Source: Vicugna vicugna (lineage: Eukaryota). Taken from it: a stretch of 64,000 bases of DNA. The notes beneath the pieces are model-generated. The model saw only the letters and a list, made by a program, of their open reading frames with translations. It was not told the origin of the DNA and made no database searches. Positions 1-11,665 of this stretch are shown here, piece after piece. The DNA is taken from positions 8,475,009-8,539,008 of the forward strand of contig MU058781.1 in the NCBI GenBank assembly GCA_013265495.1. Direction: 5' to 3'. Both the position numbers and the translations under genes were made by a program. Each line of letters opens with the position of its first letter. The first letter of the stretch is position 1.

Positions 1-841
1 ACTCACTTTCTGTGTAAATTAAGGCAAGACTTAAATGCCCCTGCACCATCTGGAAAGCGAGGTGAATACACATTACATGTATGATTAAATGTATAATAAT
101 GTCATTTGTGAATTATGGACCGGGCAACTGAACACCCAGCAGTTTAAAAGGAACTGTTAAAGCATGAGTAGAAGGAGTAAATCTGTTATAGGTTGGCTTT
201 GAAAAAAAACACTGCTTCAAACATGATAAAATGAACAGGTAGTTTTTTTGTACTTTGGGGGAATTCTGTGACGATTCAGCGACCCATTTTTAGCTTGTGG
301 TTTAGACAGACCTGTTGCAGACTGGTCTTTGCTCCTGCGTACAGCACAGACATGCTTCCTTAGCCTTTTCCTTTGCAGTTGTTGGTATAAGACCCTCAGT
401 AATAACCTACATCTTTTGTACTTTTTGGATGATGTTTTGTTGAATATTGAACCATTCCATTGTTTCCTTCAAATTTTCCATCTTGCTATGTCTTCCTGTC
501 CTTTGTCTCCCTGTTTCTTTTTCCCCACTGGGAGGCATGTGGCAGGGAGGAGCTACCCTTTGAGTTTGAGTCTTCTGAAGAAACAGGCCTCCTATGGAGG
601 AGAGAAACCTGAAAATAGCAGTGTTTTTTTCACTTAATTTCTATAGTGTGAAAAATGAAGAACTGACTGTATGAAGAAATATGTATAAACATCCTAATTT
701 TAACACTTGGCTAGCAAGCAATGTGACCTCCTGCATCAAGAGGGGGCATGTACCCAAAGGGCCACTTCTCCCGGCCTTCCCTGTCCCCGCTCCCCGCCAG
801 CCTCTCGAGCAGCCATGCAAAGTCTGTGTTTGGGTTTCCAG

Positions 842-1000
842 GGGCTGCAGTCTGTCTGAGGACGGGGGCATGCTGGCCCAGTGTCAAGGCCTGTCAAAAG
901 AAGTGACCGAGCTCAGTCAGGAAGAGAAGAAATTAGATGAACTGATCCAAAGCTGCACCCTGGACCTCAAACTGTTAACCGAGGATTCAGAGAATCAAAG
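842..1000 (+). CDS. E2F3: E2F3 coding exon (probably exon 4; dimerisation/coiled-coil region, [52 protein letters not shown])
   Basis: Acceptor tttccAG at 840-841; translation matches E2F3; the exon ends at the U12 donor ATATCCTTT (1001); phase 2 joins in frame to the next exon (AG|G = Arg). Confidence 0.96.
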
Positions 1001-3973
1001 ATATCCTTTGTGCCACCTGGTCGGTGGGGGTTAGTGCCTTCTAGACGGTTTCCAGAGTTGACGGTCTGACTTTCACACACAAGGTAGAATCTACTCTCGT
1101 TTCATGCAAGTAAGCGTGTGCGTGCACGCATGCATCTGTGTGTGTGTGTGTGTGTGCGCGCGCGCATGTGTGTGTGCGCGTGCCCGCATGCGCGCACAAA
1201 CCCACTTAACTGTCTAGAAGTCAGTATTTATGGAATGATAGTTATTGGACTGGAACCTATCATATCTCTTTTGATAGCCAGGTGGGAACTGTTTTTTAAA
1301 GCATTTTATTCATGTGTGGTTGGGACATATGGATACACTCATAGCGTAAGGCAAAGCTATTAATGAGATACGCAAGGTGTCAGTATTCGTATTAATGATA
1401 ACATTGGGCAGAGTTATCTCTGGCTTTCCAGATTTCGGGTGGGTGTTAGCTGTCACTGTTGGGGTTCTCACATTCTATTTTCTCTTCCTCAGATATCGGG
1501 AGCAATTGGAATTGGTTGAATTGAGCTATATAGTTGAAAGCATTGCAGGAAGATAGAAGGATCATTCTATAATTTTTAAAGTGTGTTATGCTGACTCACA
1601 ACACCAAAAAGTGATTTCAGAAACACCCCCAGGGCCTAAGAAATCTCAGTTTATCTATTTATCTAGAAACATTAGTCCTTGGAAATAAAAATATAAAAAG
1701 CCAACTCTTGTTCTTAGCTCGCTAATAGACTGTTGACCACCTCAGAAAAACTTACTGTTCATCACCTCACTTCAGACCATAGAGTAGGGAGATTACTTCA
1801 TTGTGCTGACCAGAAGATTTTGCAATATTCTCAGCTATTAGTAGAAAACCAAACCAGTGTTTTAAGTTATCTCGAATTTCAGTGCCAAACTTCTGATTAT
1901 TCCACCTTTATCTTTGTTAGAAAATAAAATGAGTCTTGCCCAGTTTCTTCTAGTGTCTTGTCTCTAATAGGCTTTCCCTTGGAGTTATGGGGACATTTAT
2001 TTTCCAATCCAGGCAGTTTTTGAAACTGATTGTTCATTTCCTGTTGCCCAAAGGATTAACCTTGTCAGCTGATGATTAGTGAGCTGGAGAAGAGGTGTGA
2101 TGATCTGAACCCCCAGTGGTGGCCAGAGTGGGTTTGTAAGGGAAGAAACAAGAATAGCTCTAGTTAGGCTGTTTCACTGTTCAGTCGGGAGTCCCTTCGA
2201 GGAGGAGAGGTGGTGGTTACACGTGATTGGCAGCTTTCCGGAACGTGTACCTACATTAGTTTTCTCTGGAGCCTTTGTTGCAGAAAATGAAAGCTTCCTT
2301 GCAGAGGGCTGCTAACCCAAGAAGCAAATTCAAGAGGGAGCCACAATGGAAGCACTTTGAGTTTGTAAGATTAGAGAATATGTTTGCACAATTTATTTCA
2401 ATTCGCCATTCAGTTCCGAATTTGTTACAGCTTGTTCACAAATGTGTTGAAATTTTCCTTCCTGCAGCATGTTGGGTAATTGTAGATGAGCTTTTATTTT
2501 AATAAGCTGTTGTCAAATAGCTTTTTGACAGTGGACCGTGGGGTAAGTACCTAGTTATCAGTTTCCCCACTGTTCTCAGTAAAAATTCACAAGTGTGTGT
2601 GTTAAGTCTTCTAGAAAGACACCAATTGGCTTCCTTGATGAGACAGATGACCTAAAACCCAGAATCCTGAATGAGCTATCCTTTCAAGCTCAACACTGAA
2701 TTTAGCTGTTGTCTGAACTACTGAGACTCAAAGATCATAGACTCTGACAGATGCCTTAATGTGCATGCAGATTTGGGGTGAATGTGCTTTTTTCTGGACA
2801 GTAAATTCATAGCTTTCTTCAGTTTCTAATGAAAAGCTACTGATCTAAGGGACATCATTTGCTCTAGGCTGTCCTATTTCTGTATCAAACATGTTAGATC
2901 ACAGACTCCATTTGCTACTTGATATTACCTGCAGGAATGCCTTCATTGAGTTGTGATTTGCTGTCTTATCCTAGACACTTTTTGTAGGTTAATATAAAAG
3001 GCAACTGGCCAAAGACACTGTACATTAATTATGTTGCTTCATGTCTCTTATGTAAGAAGGCTATATGGCCCGTTCTCTTGCAGCACCAAGTGAAAGCTTG
3101 GCTCTCTTTTATCATACAAGTACCGCATTCTTTCATGATATCCTCTTAGGTTTGGCTATTGGGGCCCTTAAAAGAAGTGTTCGGTGCTCAGAAGTAACTC
3201 CCAAGAGTACTGAAATATTATCTCACTCTCTTTTCCTAAATCATTCAGGTTACAGAGTATCTGGAAGCTGCTTTCCTCCTTGTGAACACTTAAGTATTGT
3301 AGTTAATAATATCATACAAAGGATAATTTTCCTAACAGAGAAATAATGACACTCTTATCAACAGGCAATATATAATCACAACCAGCCCAGGGGCAGTTAG
3401 GAAAACAAGCTGTCTGCCTGAGCAGTACTCTCGAGTTCTTCCACTGACATAGATGTGTCTATATTAGCTACTCATCCATTCGTCTGGGTGGCTGCTGACA
3501 TTTGCTAATAGTCAAGTAACAGATAGAAGTTAGTGGAGTTTCAAAAAAATTATGTTTACCAGAGCTTAAATTTTTTCTGTAAATTAGCATTTGCCATCAT
3601 TCAAGATGAGTGACAGAACACTTCACTGGAGTCCATGGAATACCTGTGCTCCAGAGGAACCTGGTTTGAAAATCCCTGACCAAATTGGATATTAGTTTTC
3701 TTTTGAGTTTATTTTAACTATTTTGTTTCTGTGTTTAACATCTTAAATAGCCATGGACTTTTTAGGAAAAAACTGTACACTTTTGTTGTTTAGACTATCA
3801 ACCAGGAAAAAGGATTCATGGGAGAACTCATATATTTAAAGATCTAGAAGGAGAGACACATATATTCTTACAAGAAAAAAAATACTTTGTAAGTTTTCCA
3901 TGCATCTTTTTGTTATCTTCATAATGGTTACACCTGAGTCGATTAGTTGGAAGATTTCCTTAACACTCATTAC
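1001..3973 (+). other. E2F3: U12-type (minor spliceosome) AT-AC intron of E2F3
   Basis: 5' end ATATCCTTTG (1001-1010); branch site TTCCTTAAC (3956-3964); terminal AC (3972-3973); removal restores ...SENQRLAYVTY... Confidence 0.96.
1114..1197. repeat. Alternating purine-pyrimidine (TG)n/(CG)n compound microsatellite
   Basis: gcgtgtgcgtgcacgcatgcatc(tg)n gcgcgcgcgcatgtgtgtgtgcgcgtgcccgcatgcgcgcaca. Confidence 0.9.
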
Positions 3974-4088
3974 GTTAGCTTATGTTACATATCAAGATAT
4001 TCGAAAAATTAGTGGCCTTAAAGACCAAACTGTTATAGTTGTGAAAGCCCCTCCAGAAACAAGACTTGAAGTGCCTGACCCAATAGAG
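3974..4088 (+). CDS. E2F3: E2F3 coding exon (probably exon 5; marked box, [38 protein letters not shown])
   Basis: Follows the AC acceptor; typical E2F marked-box sequence; donor GAG|gtaagg at 4089. Confidence 0.96.
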
Positions 4089-4460
4089 GTAAGGAGATCA
4101 TGTCTTTGTTCATCTGCAGAGATCTGTTTGGGATGCTGAAGAATCACTGGCTCGTGGTTAAAGTCTGTATCCTCCTAGAAGCTTGATAGTTCTTTCCCAT
4201 CTGCTTTGCTTAACCTTACTTTAAAAACATTTTAACAGTTTGATGTGTACTGAGTGTCCAGAAAGTCTAATTTTAACATAGGAGGGCATTCAACTCAAAG
4301 GGGTATATGATGCCCCTTCTTTCCTGTACTTCCTCTTTTTCATAATTTGTTATCTGGTGGTTCTGATCTATTTGAACCATTGGGGAATTTTATATTGATT
4401 ACCCTGGATATGATCCTTACCATGAATAGAGGTATACATGTTGTAAACTATCTCCCTGTC

Positions 4461-4552
4461 TTTTTTTTTTTTTTTTCATGGAGCTACTGGGGATTGAACC
4501 CAGGACCTTGTGCATGCTAAGTATGTGCTCTACCACTGAGCTATACCCACCT
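4461..4552 (-). mobile_element. tRNA-Ala-derived SINE (camelid Vic-1-like), short form with poly(A) tail
   Basis: Reverse complement reads gggtatagctcagtggtagagcacatacttagcatgcacaaggtcctgggttcaatccccagtagctcc plus poly(A); A and B boxes visible. Confidence 0.88.
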
Positions 4553-5053
4553 ACCTCTCTATCTTAGCATGTATTAAGAATGTGTCATTTATAACATACT
4601 TACTTTTAAGAAATCAAATGGGACCTTGGGTTAATTGATAGACTCAAATATTTTTTTTAAAAAGGCATATTTCTGTGATTGCTTTCAGATATACTTTGAT
4701 AATACAGGCCTAAACTGTAGCTATAAAATAATGTAGTTAAAAAGAATGTATAAAAAAGAAAAAGAATGAAATTTGCAAGCTTCTAGGGTAGAATTCTTAC
4801 CTTAAATGATAATAATAGCCCTATGACCTAGATGAAGAAGAATTTTAAACATTAGTGTGCTGCATTCTTACTAAACTCAGTTCTGAGCACTTAAGAACAC
4901 TATTCATCCAGTGGTTATTAAAGTTCCACATGAAGCCCTACTGTTAAGAAATAATAACATGGAAATAGTGTATTTGGAACACTTAAAAGACTTTTTAATA
5001 GTTTGCATACAAGGAATATATATATTTATATATTTTAATCACCTCTTCTTGGG

Positions 5054-5281
5054 CAGAGGTCAGCAAACTTTTTCTTTCAAGAGCCAGACAGTAAGTATTT
5101 TTGGCTGTGTGAGCCATAGATACAGTCTGTTGGGACTACTCAACTGCACAGCTCCGCCATCACAGCAGGGAAAACAAAAAAACCAGCCAGAGGCAATACA
5201 TAAACCATGGGAATGGGCAAGACTCTACCAATAAAACTTTATTTATTTATTGACCCTTGGGCTGTAGTTTGCTGATCCCTG
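5054..5281 (+). mobile_element. MER58A-like hAT-Charlie non-autonomous DNA transposon
   Basis: Terminal inverted repeats cagaggtcagcaaact ... agtttgctgatccctg; right flank ctctagag fits the Charlie target; internal sequence resembles MER58A. Confidence 0.8.
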
Positions 5282-5440
5282 CTCTAGAGGACAACAGTCA
5301 CTGACTGAGGTAGACTACCAGAGGAGAAGCAAAAGGAGCAACAAGAATTACCCTTACTTTCCATGTTTTGATGACAATTACTATAGCTTTCATTTCCAAA
5401 AGAACTTTCAGTTTGAACGTCTCACTCCTTCTGTTTATAG

Positions 5441-5576
5441 AGCCTGCAAATACATTTGGCAAGTACCCAAGGACCCATTGAGGTTTATTTGTGTCCAGAA
5501 GAGACTGAAACACACAGTCCGATGAAAACAAACAACCAAGACCACAATGGGAATATCCCTAAACCCACTTCCAAAG
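5441..5576 (+). CDS. E2F3: E2F3 coding exon (probably exon 6; [45 protein letters not shown])
   Basis: Acceptor ctgtttatAG; donor AAG|gtaaaa; 136 nt keeps frame; contains the conserved GPIEVYLCP motif; not listed in the ORF track. Confidence 0.95.
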
Positions 5577-6756
5577 GTAAAAATTCCACTCTTGTCATTT
5601 GGAAACTGTATTTAAAATGAAGGTGACTAGAAGGATCCAGTTTCAGAACCACAAGTCTAGGCAAGAAACAGAAATTTCTGTTATTAATATTATTAAGGTA
5701 ACTTTGTTTTTTTTTTTTAAGGCATTCTGAATGGTTTACAGGATAAAATGATGATCTTGGGCAAATGGCTCCTCCACCCACTTAATGGATTCCCTTCAGG
5801 CTTTTGCTATCGGTAGAAACCATTTCCTCACAGTGTTTGGGGAAACTGAAGTGAGGAGTGAGGAGTGAGGCTGTGAGCTGTCTGGGTGAATCATCAGCTA
5901 CCTTTGGCCAAACACCTCTGAGTGATAATGCAGAGGCCATTAGAGAGGGAACTGAAAAAGTACAGAGAGAAAGAAGCCTTTTGTCCAAGTTTTATCTTAA
6001 TTTTTCCCCTAACGGGATGGGGAGAAAATAAGGGAGGGAAACCCCTGAAATATAAATCTAAAGTCCTCTGCCCTCCACAGTCCCTACAGCCAAGGAAGCA
6101 CTTTGCAGTCTTTTTTTTTCCCCCCCAGTTTCAGACTGGAGTTGTGTATTTAATTTTCTTCTTCTACTGCCTCCCTGTATAGCAGCAAGAATAGGAGTGA
6201 TTTAAATAAATAGACTGACTTAACATTGAGCAAAAATACAGCACCTCGGATGGTAAAACAAAATAGCACTTGTTTTTCCACCCTAAAAATTCAAAGTGGA
6301 TGTGTCCTATTATTTGTATTTTTAGAGATGTCTTTAATAAATTAGTTGTTCAAAAAAGACTAAGTTAAAATTGGTGATTTCTATCAGGGAGCCAACTTTT
6401 CAGTCTGCATGTTTTCTTTTGTTTTTTTGTTAAAGAATGACTACTTGATATCAGAGAGACTTTTCTGAACTTGTTAGTCCCTAATATTTGAAGCTATTTG
6501 TAATTCTTGTTTGCTAACAGTAGTTATTGGAAAAGATTAGTAGACCAGAACAAAAACAACCACCACCAAAAAAAACACGGCTGACTGGAGTCACTGCTTA
6601 CAGTGCCTGTTAGTATAAAGGTGATCTGTACCATAATGTCATCTAATTGTCCTTAGCAGAGGGTGCCTGCTTTTATAATAGCAACATGTATAGTCCCTCT
6701 AAAAATCAATTTGATTTTTGCCTTATTTTTGGTTTCCACCAACTTTTTCCTTTCAG

Positions 6757-7019
6757 ACTTGGCTTCAACCAACTCAGGACATAGTGATTGCTCGATCTCT
6801 ATGGCAAACCTTTCTCCTCTGGCCTCCCCAGCCAACCTTTTACAGCAGACTGAGGACCAAATTCCTTCCAACCTAGAAGGACCATTTGTGAACTTACTGC
6901 CTCCCCTGCTCCAAGAAGACTATCTCCTAAGCCTTGGGGAGGAAGAAGGCATCAGCGATCTCTTTGATGCTTATGATTTGGAAAAGCTCCCGCTGGTGGA
7001 AGACTTTATGTGTAGTTGA
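6757..7019 (+). CDS. E2F3: E2F3 last coding exon (transactivation and pRB-binding domain, ...[33 protein letters not shown])
   Basis: Acceptor tttttcctttcAG; pocket-protein-binding motif; stop TGA at 7017-7019. Confidence 0.97.
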
Positions 7020-9717
7020 TCATGCTTTGTGTGAACTCCCCTTATAAACCAATATTTTTTTATTATGGAACCAGAACATCTGTCATGCAGTGTTGTCCCT
7101 TCCTACCTTCTTCCTCCAAGATAGTATCATGAAGTAAACAACGAACTTCAGAACAAAGCTGACATTTTAATGAATTTAAAAAAAAAAATTGTCTAAACGC
7201 ACAGTTGCAGGCTCCCTTGGGAAAGCCCTGCTTTGCCCCAGGCTCCAAAATCTCCTGGATGAGTCGGCAAGTGAGAAAATGTGCAATCAGGTGTCTCTCA
7301 CCCGTCCTTTTCCTCCCTCCCTCCCGGACTGGCTTGCTGTGCCTGACGGATGGGCTGTAGAATGGGGTCTGGCCACCCGGCCCACTCGAAAACAGCAATC
7401 TTCCTTAATAGCATTTCAAGCCGTGCCTTCTCCACAGAATGCATGTCTTTGGGGTCTGCTAATATGGAATGGAACTGCAGGAACTGTAAACTTGAAGTCA
7501 TGCAAAAGTATGAAACGGATTTCTTCAGCTCTTCTTAGGAATATTTAAATTACTGTCATAATTCAGTTTAAGCTATGGACCGTGTGTCCCACTAGGAGGT
7601 CAAGAGATCCTCCACAGCCTTTCGGATGAAGAAACTTTTCAAATATTTGTTGCAGATACAGAAGAATAGTCAAGTTCTGCCCCTCTAAGCTGTTGTGGAT
7701 TTTCCTGTCTCCATAAACCACTCCCACTCCCCTGCCCACAACGTATTTGTAAGTTTAAAGTTGATTTGTAGCAAATGCCTACTTAGGAGTTCTTTGTGGA
7801 TTGTTTTAGATTTTTTTTTAAGCCGCCATTTAAGCATTCCTGTGGCACCCATCACCATTTCAATTGAATTGTTTACTTTGAAGCAGTTTTTGCTAATTCA
7901 AATTATTTAAGCAGAGGTAGAGAACCTCTACTGATCAGAGCATCTAAATGTGTGTGATCTAAGGTTTAACAGCCTCTGCAAGAAGCTTTGCCCATCTTGC
8001 TTCCTTTCCCGGGAGGGGGCGCTGGAGCGAGTGGCGCTCGCTGATAGGGGTGGCCCCTTTGGAAAGAGAACCAGGTCAGAGGACACAGCAGCCCCAAGGA
8101 GCAGCAGGCGTGCACCCCTCCGTCCTTGGGCTCCCGGGCCCCCGCCACCGGGGAAAGGGCTCTCTTATACTGCACTCAGGGAGACCGCTTCTCAGGATGG
8201 GGTCAGATGGAGAGGCCTCTGGGGAGAGAGACGTCCCCCGTTGTGTGAGTAGCATTCTATCAGTGGCATTTACTTCAGCTGGTGAGAACAGGGCATCTCC
8301 CACTTAACTCTGCAAGAATGGTGTCCCAAGTTGGAGGCTTCGTGTCAGCTGCAAATCCTACCAGTTCTGTCCAAGAATGGCTTTCCCATTGGCCAGGGGA
8401 GAGATGGCCATCTCCCGCTGGGAATGCGGCAGAGTACCTCAAATCCATTCTTTGGATGCTAAACACTGTGGGAATGAGGGAGTCATCTAAAAAAAAACAA
8501 ACCTCAAAACAAAGAACAGTGAAATTGAAATGCTATGTGCCGGACATGGTGGTGGGCACATAGTAGGCACTCGATTCATACGTTTAATTACATGGAAAAT
8601 AGATCCCTTAGGAAAAACACAAAACAAAAAACCACGAAAGCCCCAGCCAGTTTACTCTAGGTAGATTTCCACAATATGCAAAGTGGTGGTGGGGTCAAAA
8701 CAAATGACACCAGCACTTTAAACTCTTTGTGTAGGTATGCGTGGGTGTATGTTTGAGAAGAAAAACAAAGGTGCAGATTATCCTCCTTTTTCTTCGGCCT
8801 CCACCCCCACCCTCCTCCCCTCACACACACTGGACTTGGTCCTAGATGAAGCATTGGGGTGGGGGAGGGAGGGGGAGCTTTGTGTCAAGTGCCTACTGGA
8901 AATGCACTGTGGGGTTTTTTCCTGTATGGGAAACCATTTATGCCAAGCTTTTCCCCATGTCCCATATTTATCTCATCTGGTTAGCTGCCTCTGCTTCCAG
9001 CTTTGTGTAATTCTCTTTGCCAGCTGCACAAAGCTGATTTTTTTCCAAAGTCTAAAGACTGAGCTCACCTGGCTAGGTGGTTGTGTGTTTGGTTGAGTTT
9101 CTCGTTAAACTTTTTTCGTAACGTGATGCCATATTTATTGTTTAAAAATGAAAGGAATCCTAATAAGTCTTAAAAGTTCCTTCAGGCATAAGGTCTTCCC
9201 AGTTAATGGGCTTAACTGGTGTACATTAATTAAACGTCCATACTGTATTCTGTTTGCATTAGTCCTTTTCTTTTTGACATAGTATCTGGCACACAAAGTG
9301 GGTTAGTACTACAGTATTTGTGTTACTTTAAGTACTGAGTATGCAGGTTTCCTGGTACCATTGAGTTGCTGCTATTAAAGCTCACACATGAAATGGCTAA
9401 AAGTTACAAGTGTGCGAATTATGACTGAGTGAGCCTTAGAAAGTAAACTGTATAAAGAGCAACACGAGCTGTCAAACAGTGTTAGGTGTGTGTTTATATG
9501 TACAGATTTGTGTGTAGCAATCGTTTTATTTAAGTTGATACGCAGTCTACTCATATTTTCATTATCTAGCAATTTTGTACAAAAATAGCAATTAATTTGT
9601 AAACACTGCCAGAATATTTTCTAGCTGGTTTGTAATTTTTTAAGAGTGTTACCTTGTTTTTGTTTTTGTTGTTGTTGTGGTGGTGGTTCTTGTGTTCATT
9701 TTTGTTGTACGTAGATC

Positions 9718-10034
9718 TGTAAATACAACTGCAGTATTTAAAGCTTTAGCTTTCAGGAAAAAGAAAGAACTCAGTGTGTGCATGACAACTTGTGTGTACA
9801 AGAGGAGGGATTTGAAGGAAGATGCCTTGCAGAGTGAGTCGGGTGGCAACTGTCAGATTGTGGAAATTTCTTTTCCTATGGGGTACGTGATTTTGTCAAA
9901 AGGAAGTATTTCTCCCAAAGTTGGGAGTAGGCAAACTACTAATCAGTTTAGCTTTGTGTTGTATGCTAGTTTAAAAAAGAAAATATGTAATATAATGTAA
10001 AAAAAAAAAGCTTTTATGATGGATTTTGTAAATA
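9718..10034 (+). promoter_or_regulatory. Two Pumilio response elements (UGUAAAUA) at 9718-9725 and 10027-10034
   Basis: Exact matches to UGUAHAUA; Pumilio regulation of the E2F3 3' UTR is established in other mammals. Confidence 0.8.
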
Positions 10035-10097
10035 GATTTGTTACAGGGTAACCTGTTCTCTAGCTGTGATCTTACCACTTCAAATGGGTGTAATTTG

Positions 10098-10128
10098 AAT
10101 AAATTTTGTATGGTAAAGGATCAATAAA
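10098..10128 (+). terminator. E2F3: E2F3 polyadenylation signals (AATAAA at 10098-10103 and 10123-10128)
   Basis: Two canonical hexamers with nearby UGUA motifs and a downstream GU/U-rich tract (~10153-10185). Confidence 0.85.
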
Positions 10129-11027
10129 ATGATTTTTTTTTAAGAGTTCAGACTGTGGATGGATTTTCTTACTGTTTGTCTTATGCTTCTATCTTCATTT
10201 TATTTTTAAAGACATACTTTAACAAGGGGAAAGTTTGAACAAAAGTTCAAAACATCATATGCCTTACCATTTATTTGGGATTTGGGGAACATTAAGCAAA
10301 ATAAAAATTTTGAGCCCCTGTGGTGTGCTCACCACTTTGAGAAGCGGAAGAACTTGCCATGTCTCTGACCGCAGTGTGCAGAAACCACTTCCAGGTATGG
10401 AAGGAAGGACTTTTACACTGAGAAAGTGACAGCAAGTCAAGTTTTATTCCTCATAAGGAGTATGAAGTCAGTAAATTCTATTTCTCGAGATCAGTAATTA
10501 CCTCTGCTGTTCTAGAGTCTGTATTTCTTGTGATGCTACCTATGAGCAAATTGGGATTTTATGATTGCCATGTCACATGCTTAACTCAGAGCTCATCATG
10601 TAAAAACTTGAAAACGTCATGTATCATAGACAGGCACACACAATCAATACACTAGTATAACGTACAAAGAAGAAACATTCCCTGCCCCACCCAAGTCTGT
10701 TCATCCCATTTTTCATACGTGTATCCTGGTCCACTTGCTTTCTAGGCATATATAAATGTGTATGAGTGTACATATGTATTTTTAACATAAATCATACTTA
10801 ATATATGCTGATCTTCTGCTTTTTTTCCTGCTAAATAACGTCTTGGACATTTTACCATGTTAGTACTTAAAGATCATGTTAACTCTCTTCAAAGGCTGCA
10901 AAGCATTCCAGTGATTAGAATTTAATTTATTTACCTAGCTAATTTCCTGATTGAGAGAGATTTTTGTTTTGCTGTAAAAAATAAAGCGTTTTATTGAATG
11001 CTTATATTATGCCAGGTACTATATTTT

Positions 11028-11460
11028 TTAATGTGGTAAAATAAACATAGCATAAATTTACCATTAGTGACATTTAATACATGCACAATGTTGTTCAATG
11101 ATCACTATTCTCTGGTGCCAGAAAACTTTCATCATCCCAAAAGGAAACCAAATACCCATTAAGCTGCTCCCCAACCTCTTGTAGTCCTAGCCCCTAGCAA
11201 CCAACCACTGATCTTTCTGTCTCTATGGACTTGCCTATTTTGGATATTTCCTATAAATGAAATCGTAACAATATGTGACCTTTTGTATCTGCCTTTTTTC
11301 ACTTAGCATAATGCCCTCAAGTTTCATCCATGTGGTAGCATGTATCAGTCTATTCCTTTTTATGCCTGAATACTATTCCATTGCATAGATATACCACATT
11401 TCAATTCTCTATTATCACCTGATAGACACTGGGGTTGTTTCCACCTTTTGGCTATTGGAA
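11028..11460 (-). mobile_element. Old L1 (L1M-type) 3' UTR fragment
   Basis: Typical antisense L1 3' end text (ccactgatctttctgtctctatggacttgcctattttggatatttc...tttcacttagcataatg...ttccaccttttggctatt). Confidence 0.75.
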
Positions 11461-11549
11461 TGTCAGTACTGTTCTAAGTACTTTATATGTGCTCTATGTT
11501 TTTTCAAAGCAACCATCATGAGCCAATCCTCTATATGTTATCTTTCCTC

Positions 11550-11665
11550 TTCCAGAATGTAAGCTCAGTGAGGAGAGGTACTATGTATTGTTCACTATTG
11601 TGCCCCAAGTTCCTAGAACAGTGCCTGGCACATAATAAGCACATAATACATGTTTAAATGAATTA
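11550..11665 (+). mobile_element. L2 3' terminal fragment
   Basis: gaatgtaagctc...cctagaacagtgcctggcacata...aaatgaat resembles the L2 3' end. Confidence 0.7.

Larger units (their letters stand above)
7020..10150 (+). other. E2F3: E2F3 long 3' UTR (~3.1 kb)
   Basis: No recognisable interspersed repeats from the stop codon to tandem AATAAA; many miRNA and Pumilio motifs; 3' end is approximate. Confidence 0.85.

Noticed and set aside
7950..9096. Overlapping 60-119 aa ORFs downstream of the E2F3 stop
   Set aside because: They lie in the 3' UTR and show no recognisable homology or coding signature.
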